From the NCBI GenBank assembly GCA_964539235.1, contig CAZIIK010000050.1, forward strand, positions 160-64,159: 64,000 nucleotides of DNA, written 5' to 3'. Position numbers and translations under genes: made by a program. Positions 49,478 to 58,598 of this stretch are shown piece after piece. Below the pieces are notes generated by a model. It searched no databases and was not told the origin of the DNA. It worked only from the letters and a program-made list of their open reading frames with translations. Numbering within the stretch: the first letter of the stretch is position 1; each line of letters opens with the position of its first letter. The DNA comes from an uncultured Gammaproteobacteria bacterium (GTDB taxonomy: Bacteria > Pseudomonadota > Gammaproteobacteria > Francisellales > CACEW01).

Positions 49478-49774
49478 ATGCTAGCAGGTCATCGCCTAGA
49501 AGAATGGCAGCAACTGCTTAATTTATATGGCGAACACATGAAATGGGGCCCTGAATTCATCAACTGTATGTTGGATTCCTTGATTGAGACAGGTGACTCG
49601 CTAAACCCAGCAGATCAAGAAGTGCTCAATTTTCAATGGCAGAATATGACAGCTGCCATTACCGGAAAACCTGTTTGCGAACCATCGCTGCCGTTGTTAG
49701 GCCACATGATCAATCGGGGTGATGCGCATAAGGCAGAATATCAGCAATCAACCAGTCCTGCTGGGGTAAAATAG
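49478..49774 (+). CDS. Hypothetical small protein
   Basis: 98 aa from ATG 49478, preceded by AAGGAAGGA. I recognise no family. Its 3' end overlaps the convergent SDR gene by 34 nt. Confidence 0.35.
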   Translation: MLAGHRLEEWQQLLNLYGEHMKWGPEFINCMLDSLIETGDSLNPADQEVLNFQWQNMTAAITGKPVCEPSLPLLGHMINRGDAHKAEYQQSTSPAGVK

Positions 49775-50457
49775 CCATCGGCACTGTCTAACAAGAGCCA
49801 ACGCAAACCTGTCGCGACCTCAGCAGGTGACAATAATTGATCATTGGCTTTTAGGTCCTGGAAAAAACCACTCACCGGAAGATCTTCAGCATCAGCAGCG
49901 CGCAATTTGTTTTGCATCGGTGTATCGACGGTGCCAGGTCGCACACTACCAAACAGCACAGCGCTGTCAGCATAATCAGCCTGGCAAACCAAATATGCCA
50001 TATGTAATGCTGCCTTGCTGATGCAGTACGCCGCCATGCCAGACAAAGCACGATGTGCCAAGCCACTGGAAATATGCAACACACGCCCACGGGTCATTAA
50101 CGGCACCAATTGCTGGGTGAGAAACAACGGTGCTTCGACATTGACAGCTTGTGCTTGGCGCCACTGCTCCAAATCAAGTGTTTGCAAAGGCTTTAACGGT
50201 TTAACCAATGCCGCATTATGCACGATGTACTGTAAATCACCGTGTGCTTTGACAGCTTTAACCAGTATGTCTCGACCTGCTGCTGTACCCACATCCGCGA
50301 CAACCGTGTGAATCTGTTCAGGATAACGTTGCTGGGTCTGAGCTAAAGTGTCCGCTGTACGACCAGCGACTATGACGCGTAGACCACGCTCAGCTAACGC
50401 CCGCGCTAACGCCTGACCAATTCCAGAACCACCACCGGTAATTAAAGCTGTTTTCAT
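49741..50457 (-). CDS. Short-chain dehydrogenase/reductase (SDR)
   Basis: A start at 50457 gives MKTALITGGGSGIGQALA. The catalytic YCISK is present. The track start at 50523 is rejected. Confidence 0.85.
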   Translation of the reverse strand: MKTALITGGGSGIGQALARALAERGLRVIVAGRTADTLAQTQQRYPEQIHTVVADVGTAAGRDILVKAVKAHGDLQYIVHNAALVKPLKPLQTLDLEQWRQAQAVNVEAPLFLTQQLVPLMTRGRVLHISSGLAHRALSGMAAYCISKAALHMAYLVCQADYADSAVLFGSVRPGTVDTPMQNKLRAADAEDLPVSGFFQDLKANDQLLSPAEVATGLRWLLLDSADGYFTPAGLVDC

Positions 50458-50474
50458 GATCTTTCTCCCATCAT

Positions 50475-51365
50475 TTAAGTCGCCGCAACCGCAGTTTTGA
50501 TACAGTCCATAATGTGCTGACAAGCGGCTTTTTTAGCAGAACTGGTACGCCATAACATGCCAATCTGGCGATGTGGCGCTGGCGCTGTAAAAGTCTGCAG
50601 CGCAACCTCTGGCGTATTAACTGTATCGGCTACCAATTTGGGTAGTAAGGTAATGCCTTCACCCAATGCAACCATCTGGATCAACATCGACAAACTCGTC
50701 CCTTGATAACGCGCATGATCGGGATTGCGAATGTGTTGGCAAACAGACAACGCATGGTCTTTCAAACAATGGCCCTCGCCCAATAACAGTAATTCATCGA
50801 CCGAGACTGCGTCGATGGTTAGGGTGTCTTGCGCGGCTAAAGCATGGTCTTTTGGCACTGCCAACACAAAATCTTCTTCGAATAATGGCCGGCAGATAAA
50901 GTCGTCGATTCCAGCAACCGGTAATGCCAATAAAATCGCATCCAACTGCCCTTGCTTGAGCTGGGTAATCAGGGTATGCGTCTGCATTTCTTGTAGCTGA
51001 AAGCGCAAATTGGGCAATTGCTGTTTAAAGTACGGTAACACCCGCGGCAGTAAATAAGGCCCTAATGTCGGAATTGCACCAAGATGAAACGTGCCACTCA
51101 ACGGCGCGCGAATTTGTTGCGCCAATACGGTTAATGCCTCAATGTCTTGCAAAACCACGCGCGCCTGCGCAATCACTTGCTCACCAGCAGAAGTCGGCAT
51201 GACATGTTTGGGTTGGCGTTCAAACAACTGCAAACCCAGCGTTTCTTCTAACTTTTTCAGTTGCATACTTAAGGTCGGTTGACTCACATGGCACCGTTCC
51301 GCAGCACGGCCAAAACGCTGTAAATCGGCAACGGCAACCAGATATTGCAAATCTTTGATATTCAT
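50475..51365 (-). CDS. oxyR: LysR-family regulator, OxyR-like
   Basis: The HTH is RAAERCHVSQPTLSMQLKKLE. The redox Cys pair has OxyR spacing (GHCLKDHALSVC, C-x8-C). Confidence 0.8.
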   Translation of the reverse strand: MNIKDLQYLVAVADLQRFGRAAERCHVSQPTLSMQLKKLEETLGLQLFERQPKHVMPTSAGEQVIAQARVVLQDIEALTVLAQQIRAPLSGTFHLGAIPTLGPYLLPRVLPYFKQQLPNLRFQLQEMQTHTLITQLKQGQLDAILLALPVAGIDDFICRPLFEEDFVLAVPKDHALAAQDTLTIDAVSVDELLLLGEGHCLKDHALSVCQHIRNPDHARYQGTSLSMLIQMVALGEGITLLPKLVADTVNTPEVALQTFTAPAPHRQIGMLWRTSSAKKAACQHIMDCIKTAVAAT

Positions 51366-52000
51366 CTTGCCAATAACTCACTCAGCAAGGGCGCCAAATG
51401 TTGCCTCTGATGTTTCTGCCGGTGGCGTTCGGCGGTAATAATGCCGATTAAAGCCGCTAAGGCCTGCTCGAAATCATCGTTCACCACCACATAATCGAAC
51501 TCACCACAATGCGCCATTTCGTCTGTTGCCGCGGACATGCGTTGCGCCACAACATCTGAACTGTCTTGATTGCGTTGGCACAATCTGTCGTGCAATACCT
51601 GACGAGATGGCGGCAGAATAAAAATGCTGCTGTTTTGTTCTGGAAATAAGTGCCTGACTTGTTGTGCACCTTGCCAATCAATATCTAGTAGCACATCGTG
51701 GCCAATCGCCAAAGACGCAGCCAATGTGGTTTTCGACGTGCCATAGTAATGACCAAAGACTTGCGCCGATTCGATAAAGGCGCCTGCTGATTGTAAATTT
51801 TTGAATTCCGTTTCACTGACAAAGTGATAATGCTGACCCTGAACTTCCTGTGGTCTCGCCGGACGTGTGGTATGTGAGACAGAAACAACCAAGTCTGGCA
51901 TTTTTTCGATCAGCGCTTGAATCAGGCTGGTTTTACCCCCACCAGACGGCGCTGCGATCACAAAAATGGTGCCGGAACCTTGGGTCGACATTGTGTTCAC
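51362..52000 (-). CDS. gmk: Guanylate kinase
   Basis: P-loop APSGGGKTSL, plus SHTTRPARPQE and YHFVS. Its stop overlaps the oxyR start (ATGA). Confidence 0.9.
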   Translation of the reverse strand: MNTMSTQGSGTIFVIAAPSGGGKTSLIQALIEKMPDLVVSVSHTTRPARPQEVQGQHYHFVSETEFKNLQSAGAFIESAQVFGHYYGTSKTTLAASLAIGHDVLLDIDWQGAQQVRHLFPEQNSSIFILPPSRQVLHDRLCQRNQDSSDVVAQRMSAATDEMAHCGEFDYVVVNDDFEQALAALIGIITAERHRQKHQRQHLAPLLSELLAR

Positions 52001-52100
52001 CCGTGCTTTTGGAAGCGCAGTCTATCGGGGGTGCCTCATAAAAGCCAGTCTGAAACGTGTACTTCGATACATTGACCTGATTACAAAACTTGCATAGCAT

Positions 52101-53099
52101 GTGCCACCTCTGCATGACAGGACCTGGCACGTGACCATTGAAGATATCTACGAACTCGTTGCAACTGACTTTGACGCCACTGACCAACTGATTCGTCAGA
52201 ACCTCACCAGCCAAGTCCCACTCACTAACATCATCAGCGATTACATTATCAGTAACGGCGGCAAACGCCTCCGACCTCTGTTGACATTACTACTCGCAAA
52301 AGCATTAGATTATCGCGGCACCCAGCACCACACCCTGGCGGCAATCGTTGAAATCATCCACACCGCGACCTTGCTGCACGACGATGTCGTCGACAACTCT
52401 GGCCTACGCCGTGGCAAAAAGACCGCCAACATTATCTGGGGCAATCCCGAGGCTGTACTCAGTGGTGATTTTCTCTATTCAAAAGCGTTTGTGCTGATGG
52501 CACACCTGCGCATCCCTGATGCCATGATCTTATTAACCGAAAGCACTAACCGCATTGCTGACGGAGAAATGCTGCAATTACTGAACGTGCGTAATGTTGA
52601 TACCACAGAAGCTGACTACTTCGATGTCATCTACCATAAAACCGGTAAATTGTTTGAAGCTGCGTGTGTATTGCCCGGCTTCCTCGTGGACGCATCAACT
52701 GAAACACACGACACACTCGCAAATTTCGGGCGCCATCTGGGCACTGCATTTCAATTGATTGATGACGTATTGGATTACACTGCCTCTGCCGAAGAAATGG
52801 GCAAAAACCTGGGCGATGATTTAGCTGAAGGCAAACCAACCTTGCCGATTATCTATGCACTACAACACAGCGCCGCTTCTGATCGCGAGCTATTACGTCA
52901 GGCTATTCTGCAGGGCAATACCGAAGATGTCGTGGCCATTCAAACCATCGTGCAAGCCAGTGGCGGTATTGCGTATACACAATCTAAGGCCATTGCAGAA
53001 GTCGAGCAGGCAAAACAAAACTTGCATCAACTGGTGGCGTCAGACTACCGTGCAGCGTTAGAAACCTTATGCGACTACGCCATCGAGCGCTGTGCTTGA
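52101..53099 (+). CDS. ispB: Octaprenyl-diphosphate synthase
   Basis: Two DDxxD motifs (LLHDDVVDNS, LIDDVLDY). The real start may be the GTG at 52131 (VTIEDIYELV). Confidence 0.85.
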   Translation: MPPLHDRTWHVTIEDIYELVATDFDATDQLIRQNLTSQVPLTNIISDYIISNGGKRLRPLLTLLLAKALDYRGTQHHTLAAIVEIIHTATLLHDDVVDNSGLRRGKKTANIIWGNPEAVLSGDFLYSKAFVLMAHLRIPDAMILLTESTNRIADGEMLQLLNVRNVDTTEADYFDVIYHKTGKLFEAACVLPGFLVDASTETHDTLANFGRHLGTAFQLIDDVLDYTASAEEMGKNLGDDLAEGKPTLPIIYALQHSAASDRELLRQAILQGNTEDVVAIQTIVQASGGIAYTQSKAIAEVEQAKQNLHQLVASDYRAALETLCDYAIERCA

Positions 53100-54250
53100 A
53101 CAAGCAACCACATCACAACCCCCCCCATCGCTTTTGAGACGTATAACTTAGCCTTGCGACCGGTTTTGTGTTGGTACTCAGCCGTGACCTGTGCCACAAA
53201 GGCGTCGCGCGATGCATTATCCACCAGCGCCACCGCACAACCACCAAAACCCGCGCCCGTCATGCGAGCTCCAAAACAGCCCGGTGCGTTTTGCGCAATG
53301 GCAACGATGTCATTAAGGGCATCATTAGTGACCTCAAAATACTGATCCAAGCTCGTATGGCTGGCCTTCATGAGCTCGCCCAATGCGCGCGGGTCATTTT
53401 TGTCCATCGCCAAAGCTGCTGCTTGGACACGTTGATTTTCCATGAGCACATGAAAGGCCCGTTTATAGGCAATAGGATCCATTTGATCTTGCGCTTGTAC
53501 AAGGTCGTTCAATTCAACCGCACGCAACGTACGGTGACCTAAAAACTGCGCCGCAGCTTCGCAAGATTGACGGCGTTCGTTATACGCTGATGTTACCAAA
53601 TCACGGCGTGTACAGGCGTCCATCACCACCACGGCGGTATTTGTCGGTAATGGCACCGCAGTGGTCGACAAATCCTGGCAATCGATCATCAGTGCCTTGC
53701 CTGCTTCCGCCGCTGCGCAAATCAATTGATCCATAATGCCACAGTTTACGCCCGCCCAGTCATTTTCAGCCTGTTTGCCGCAGCATGCTGCTGTCACCGG
53801 ATCCCATGCAATATCATTGGCATGGCACAATGCACGCGCAATCGCCATTTCGAAAGAAGCGGATGAAGACAGGCCAGCGCCAATGGGCACATTAGCGGCA
53901 ATCACCGCGTCAAAGCCACACGCTAGGGTCACACCAGCTTGCGCATAGGCCCACACAACACCTTTGACATATTCACACCAATGATCGGTGCAGTTTTGCG
54001 TCGGTGTGAGATCGGCTAAAGACAGCTCAGTGAACTCATCAAAATCAATACTTCTGACCCGGATCTGGGCATCCTCACGCCCTGAGCACACCATATGTGT
54101 CGACATTTCCAACGCCATGGGTAATACGAAACCATCATTGTAATCGGTATGCTCCCCAATCAAATTGACGCGACTCGGCGAACAAATGGTTGTCTGTGGC
54201 GCCACACCAAACTGTTGTTGAAACACTGCTGATAGATCGGTATTCATCAC
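53075..54250 (-). CDS. galK: Galactokinase
   Basis: PSRVNLIGEHTDYN is the galactokinase signature and GAGLSSSAS is the GHMP motif. Confidence 0.9.
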   Translation of the reverse strand: MMNTDLSAVFQQQFGVAPQTTICSPSRVNLIGEHTDYNDGFVLPMALEMSTHMVCSGREDAQIRVRSIDFDEFTELSLADLTPTQNCTDHWCEYVKGVVWAYAQAGVTLACGFDAVIAANVPIGAGLSSSASFEMAIARALCHANDIAWDPVTAACCGKQAENDWAGVNCGIMDQLICAAAEAGKALMIDCQDLSTTAVPLPTNTAVVVMDACTRRDLVTSAYNERRQSCEAAAQFLGHRTLRAVELNDLVQAQDQMDPIAYKRAFHVLMENQRVQAAALAMDKNDPRALGELMKASHTSLDQYFEVTNDALNDIVAIAQNAPGCFGARMTGAGFGGCAVALVDNASRDAFVAQVTAEYQHKTGRKAKLYVSKAMGGVVMWLLVQAQRSMA

Positions 54251-54257
54251 ACTTCCT

Positions 54258-55268
54258 CTACAACGCGGATAATCTTTGGGCGGCCTGTTCAGGCGTTAAA
54301 TCGCGTTGAACTTCTGCCAACATTTCATAGCCCACCATAAATTTTTTCACCGTACTGGAACGCAAAAGCGGCGGATAAAAATGGGCGTGTAACTGCCAAT
54401 GTTCTGCGGTTGAGCCATCATTAGGTGCACCATGCCAGCCCATGGTATGCGGAAAAGAAACATCAAATAACGCATCGTAACGCCGTAATAAGTTTGACAA
54501 TATCTGCGCCAAACTGCGCTGCTGCTCCACCGATAATTCGGTCAAACGTGCGACAGGAAAAGTCGGTAATAGTAAAGTTTCAAACGGCCAGCAAGCCCAA
54601 TAAGGCACTACCACCAGCCAATCCGCATTTTGGCAGACAATCCGTTCGCCATAAGCCTGCTCTTGTTGGACATAATCCAGTAACAAGGCTTGATGGTGTT
54701 CGGCAAAGTAAGCCTGCTGAGCGCGCTGTTCTTTGGCAATTTCGGTCGGTAAGTGCGCACTGGCCCAAATCTGACCATGAGGGTGTGGACTCGAACACCC
54801 CATGATTTCGCCTTTGTTTTCAAAAATCTGTACCCACTGGTATTTCTGCCCCAGTTCCGCAATTTGTGCAGCCCACGGTTCAATAACAGCCATCATCTGA
54901 TCTTCAGATAAATCTGCCAACGTTTGACTGTGATCCGGTGAAAAACAAATGACACTCGCTTCGCCAGACACGGCTTCCGATTTGAATAGGGGTGATTGCG
55001 CAGACGCTGGCTTGATGTCCACTTGCGGCAACATGGCAGGATGGTCGTTATCAAACACAAATGTTTTAGCGTAATCCGGATTGGTTTGCCCACCGATACG
55101 CTTATTGCCTGGGCATAAGTAACAGTCAGGATCGTAGGCAGGTCTTTTCTGTGTCGGTGTGCTTTCTGTTTTACCTTGCCAAGGTCGTTTGGCGCGATGT
55201 GGCGATACTAAAACCCATTCGTCAGTGAGTGGGTTATAGCGTCGATGCGGGTGTTCGTCGTGCTTCAT
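54258..55268 (-). CDS. galT: Galactose-1-phosphate uridylyltransferase
   Basis: HRRYNPLTDEWVLVSPHR, CYLCPGN and the active site SSPHPHGQIWA. Confidence 0.9.
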   Translation of the reverse strand: MKHDEHPHRRYNPLTDEWVLVSPHRAKRPWQGKTESTPTQKRPAYDPDCYLCPGNKRIGGQTNPDYAKTFVFDNDHPAMLPQVDIKPASAQSPLFKSEAVSGEASVICFSPDHSQTLADLSEDQMMAVIEPWAAQIAELGQKYQWVQIFENKGEIMGCSSPHPHGQIWASAHLPTEIAKEQRAQQAYFAEHHQALLLDYVQQEQAYGERIVCQNADWLVVVPYWACWPFETLLLPTFPVARLTELSVEQQRSLAQILSNLLRRYDALFDVSFPHTMGWHGAPNDGSTAEHWQLHAHFYPPLLRSSTVKKFMVGYEMLAEVQRDLTPEQAAQRLSAL

Positions 55269-55437
55269 GCAAACGCTGCTCTGCGTGAAAAGCGGCTAAT
55301 GTATAAATCCACTCGGAGAAATGCAAGGTTGAGACCTCCACACGAACAAACAGGCGATGTACACCACATGTTGTTTGGCAAAAGCGTGATATACTGCAAA
55401 ACCTTAATTTCGTACACAATATATAGGGAATCTGTCC

Positions 55438-56259
55438 GTGGCAAAAATCATTGTCATTACCTCGGGTAAAGGCGGCGTGGGCAAAACCACCACCAGCGCC
55501 GCATTCGGTACCGCACTTGCTATTAAAGGCGCAAAAGTCGCCATCGTCGACTTTGATGTAGGCTTACGTAACCTCGACCTGATCATGGGCTGCGAACGTC
55601 GCGTGGTATATGACTTGATCAATGTGATTAATGGTGAAGCCAAATTAAATCAGGCCTTAATCAAAGACAAACGCGTCGACAGCCTATACATCCTGCCAGC
55701 ATCCCAAACACGTGATAAAGACGCACTCGATAAAGAAGCCGTCGGCAAAGTGTTAGAAGAGCTTGCCAAAGACTTTGACTACATCGTCTGCGATTCGCCC
55801 GCGGGTATCGAACGCGGTGCTTTCTTGGCCATGTACTACGCGGATGAAGCCGTGATTGTGACCAACCCTGAAGTGTCATCGGTACGTGATTCAGATCGCA
55901 TTCTCGGCGTTTTATCTAGCAAATCCAAACGCGCTGAAAATAATGAAGAAAGAATCAAAGAACACCTGCTACTGACGCGTTATTCACCAGAACGTGTTGC
56001 TCGAGGCGATATGCTCAGCGTGGCAGATGTCCAAGAAATTTTATCGATTCCGTTATTGGGTGTTATTCCTGAATCCAAAGCCGTGCTCAAGGCCTCGAAT
56101 GCCGGCACACCGGTGAGTTTGGACCAAGAAAGTGATGCCGGTCAGGCATACCTAGACGCTGTCTCCCGTTTTATGGGTGAAGATGTGCCACATCGATTTA
56201 TTGATGTAGAAAAAGTAGGCCTGTTTCAGAAGTTATTCGCGCGGAGGAAAGCCGGATGA
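55438..56259 (+). CDS. minD: Septum site-determining ATPase MinD
   Basis: GTG start; deviant Walker A SGKGGVGKTT; C-terminal amphipathic helix (GLFQKLFARR). Confidence 0.95.
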   Translation: MAKIIVITSGKGGVGKTTTSAAFGTALAIKGAKVAIVDFDVGLRNLDLIMGCERRVVYDLINVINGEAKLNQALIKDKRVDSLYILPASQTRDKDALDKEAVGKVLEELAKDFDYIVCDSPAGIERGAFLAMYYADEAVIVTNPEVSSVRDSDRILGVLSSKSKRAENNEERIKEHLLLTRYSPERVARGDMLSVADVQEILSIPLLGVIPESKAVLKASNAGTPVSLDQESDAGQAYLDAVSRFMGEDVPHRFIDVEKVGLFQKLFARRKAG

Positions 56260-56567
56260 GTTGGTTAGATTTTTTGTTCAAGCCTAAAAAACCCGCCTCT
56301 GCTTCAATGGCAAAAGAACGTTTGCAGGTCATTTTCGCCCATGAAAAGGCTCGCGCCAACAGCCCAGAGTATTTGCCAAAAATGCAAAGGGAGATCATGG
56401 AAGTAATCGCCAAGTATGTTGATGTCGACCCCGACCAAGTCAAAGTCGAATTCGAACAAGCCGGTGAACGCTCGACACTGGAGCTGAACGTGACCTTACC
56501 TGAGCAAGAGAAAAAATCAGGGCAGAAAAAACCGCGTACGCGTAGCAAAAAAGCCGCTGCCAGTTAA
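56256..56567 (+). CDS. minE: Cell division topological specificity factor MinE
   Basis: SASMAKERLQVIFAHEKA is MinE-like. Its start overlaps the minD stop. It has a Lys-rich C-terminal extension. Confidence 0.9.
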   Translation: MSWLDFLFKPKKPASASMAKERLQVIFAHEKARANSPEYLPKMQREIMEVIAKYVDVDPDQVKVEFEQAGERSTLELNVTLPEQEKKSGQKKPRTRSKKAAAS

Positions 56568-56592
56568 GCAACCCAATCAACTGCTTTGACGA

Positions 56593-57813
56593 TCAACCAC
56601 CGGGGCTTGTGTCTTCTGTGAGTCGCTCTTCACCTGAAACTGTAACGGTAATTTCTTCAAGCTCACGGCACGCCTCTTTGGACTCCGTATGGTGATACCC
56701 CGCCGCACTACAGGTACCGGCAAGCGAAGCTAATGACCAAGCAAGATACCGGGCATCCATGCCGAACATCTCTTGCGCCAACAAAGTACGTAACATAATA
56801 AAGACTGAAGCAGCTGTTCCCACAGCATGCATCAACGGTCCCTTCCACTTGATGCCTTCACGCAGAAAAGCAGAAGCGGTTTTTGGCACAAAAGGCTCGG
56901 TTTTTGGGTTAGTCAATCTAACCGCAGCACGCATGGCATCATCAGATGCTTTACCTTCGAATAACCAGTTTTGCACCGCGGTTGGCGTGATACAAGCCAC
57001 GGCAAAGACCAGAGCGCCCCCGACTAACCCAACAATCCCTAAAGTTTCACCACTCACCTGAGCTATTTCCGGTGCGGGCAGCATTAATACGACATCAATG
57101 ACATGTTCAGCCACATGCCATGCACTACCACCACGAGCTATCCAGGTGCGAAAAGCATTATTCTGCAGGCACGTTTCCGAACAGATTAAATGCATGGCGT
57201 GATAACGATCAGCTGGCGCCTTAGTCCACTTATGAAGACCTTCACCAACAGCTGAAACATCTGTGGTGAAATCAAATGGCAAACGTAGAAATAGGGCAAT
57301 GGCTAAAGTAATCACTACACCACGCCAACCTAGCCAGGGCGTTAGATTGCCATCAAAGTCTGAATCTTGTTGATATTCATAACACCAGGCGACCAGGCTC
57401 TCAATTTCAAAGTACACCTCTAATAACGCTTTCACAATCGAAAAACTTATATAAAGCCCCATCGGTACGCCTTGTTTGTCTTGGCAAAACTTTTGCACCC
57501 GAGAGGGTGGAGGTTTATCAGATTCATCAGATTCACTGTCAGATTCATCACCATCCTCAACCCAGGCTTCTCGCACTTGAAAAGCTGCTTTATTCAGAGA
57601 CTCAATGCCGCCCATGAACGCACCAACCGTCAAAGCCAGCGGCCCCGGCTTCTTGGTCAATCCTGCAATTGTCGCCACAAAATTTCCCGTCACATTAGCA
57701 CCTTCTGCCAGGACATATAGGCCTTGTTTAGTTCGACGCCCACACTGGCTTTTTTGCGGTCTTCGACAACAACAAGCTTGTTTGATTCTTTTCCACCATT
57801 TCATAGACATCAT
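56593..57813 (-). CDS. Hypothetical multi-pass membrane protein
   Basis: 406 aa with a basic, Cys-rich N-terminus (KQACCCRRPQKSQCGRR), an acidic tract (EDGDESDSESDESD), several hydrophobic segments and a Glu-rich C-terminus. I recognise no family. Confidence 0.5.
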   Translation of the reverse strand: MMSMKWWKRIKQACCCRRPQKSQCGRRTKQGLYVLAEGANVTGNFVATIAGLTKKPGPLALTVGAFMGGIESLNKAAFQVREAWVEDGDESDSESDESDKPPPSRVQKFCQDKQGVPMGLYISFSIVKALLEVYFEIESLVAWCYEYQQDSDFDGNLTPWLGWRGVVITLAIALFLRLPFDFTTDVSAVGEGLHKWTKAPADRYHAMHLICSETCLQNNAFRTWIARGGSAWHVAEHVIDVVLMLPAPEIAQVSGETLGIVGLVGGALVFAVACITPTAVQNWLFEGKASDDAMRAAVRLTNPKTEPFVPKTASAFLREGIKWKGPLMHAVGTAASVFIMLRTLLAQEMFGMDARYLAWSLASLAGTCSAAGYHHTESKEACRELEEITVTVSGEERLTEDTSPGG

Positions 57814-57912
57814 CCCTGTGTTTATGTATTGCGCGGCAGTATATACAGAACTTTGCTATCTTCAAATGCGAATAATTATCATTTGCATTTTTCGGGCTGA
57901 TCGTTTGATTTG

Positions 57913-57955
57913 AGGGACCTCCCTTAGACAGGCTCAGGGACCTTTTGTCGAAGGG
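57913..57955. repeat. REP-like hairpin unit (same family as 28071-28192)
   Basis: CCCTTAGACA (57921-57930) pairs with TGTCGAAGGG (57946-57955) with one mismatch. Its reverse complement matches 28142-28164 at 21 of 23 positions and 28073-28086 at 14 of 14. Confidence 0.55.
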
Positions 57956-58063
57956 ATGATAAACCCATTAAACGTCCGAAAATTCGTGAGATAGCGAACA
58001 GACGCCATGAACACTTTCACGTATACTGTAAACCTTTCTTACCGTCAGAGCGCTACTCATACC

Positions 58064-58594
58064 ATGAATGTTCGCCAGTTTGCCGAAGCCATCCCCAATG
58101 TCAGTCAAGGCGTGTTTATCGATCTCAGTGCCGTGGTCACAGGCCGTGTCAGCTTAGGTCCAGACGCTTCCGTCTGGCCTTGTGTATCGATCCGCGGTGA
58201 TTTAATGCCGATCACCATTGGTGCGCGCAGCAATATCCAGGACGGTAGCGTGTTGCATACCACGCACATGAGTGATTACTGCCCAGAAGGCCATGCATTA
58301 ACCATTGGTGAAGACGTAACGGTTGGCCACAATGTGACATTGCATGGCTGTACCATTCACGATCAAGCCTTGATTGGTATGAATGCGGTAGTGTTGGATG
58401 GTGCCGTCGTAGAAAGCCACGTGCTGGTTGCCGCGGGCAGTGTGGTTGGACCCGGAAAAGTCTTAGAAAGCGGTTATCTCTGGTTAGGTAATCCGATTCG
58501 CAAAGCACGCCCACTCACAGACAAAGAAATACAATTCTTTCGTTACAGTGCTGAGCATTACGTTAAGCTAAAAGACAAACATGCGCAGAGGTAG
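58064..58594 (+). CDS. Gamma-carbonic-anhydrase-like hexapeptide-repeat protein (YrdA/PaaY/CaiE family)
   Basis: I prefer the start at 58064. It has left-handed beta-helix repeats and His ligand motifs (LHTTH, VTVGHNVTLHGC). Confidence 0.8.
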   Translation: MNVRQFAEAIPNVSQGVFIDLSAVVTGRVSLGPDASVWPCVSIRGDLMPITIGARSNIQDGSVLHTTHMSDYCPEGHALTIGEDVTVGHNVTLHGCTIHDQALIGMNAVVLDGAVVESHVLVAAGSVVGPGKVLESGYLWLGNPIRKARPLTDKEIQFFRYSAEHYVKLKDKHAQR

Positions 58595-58598
58595 TGTT

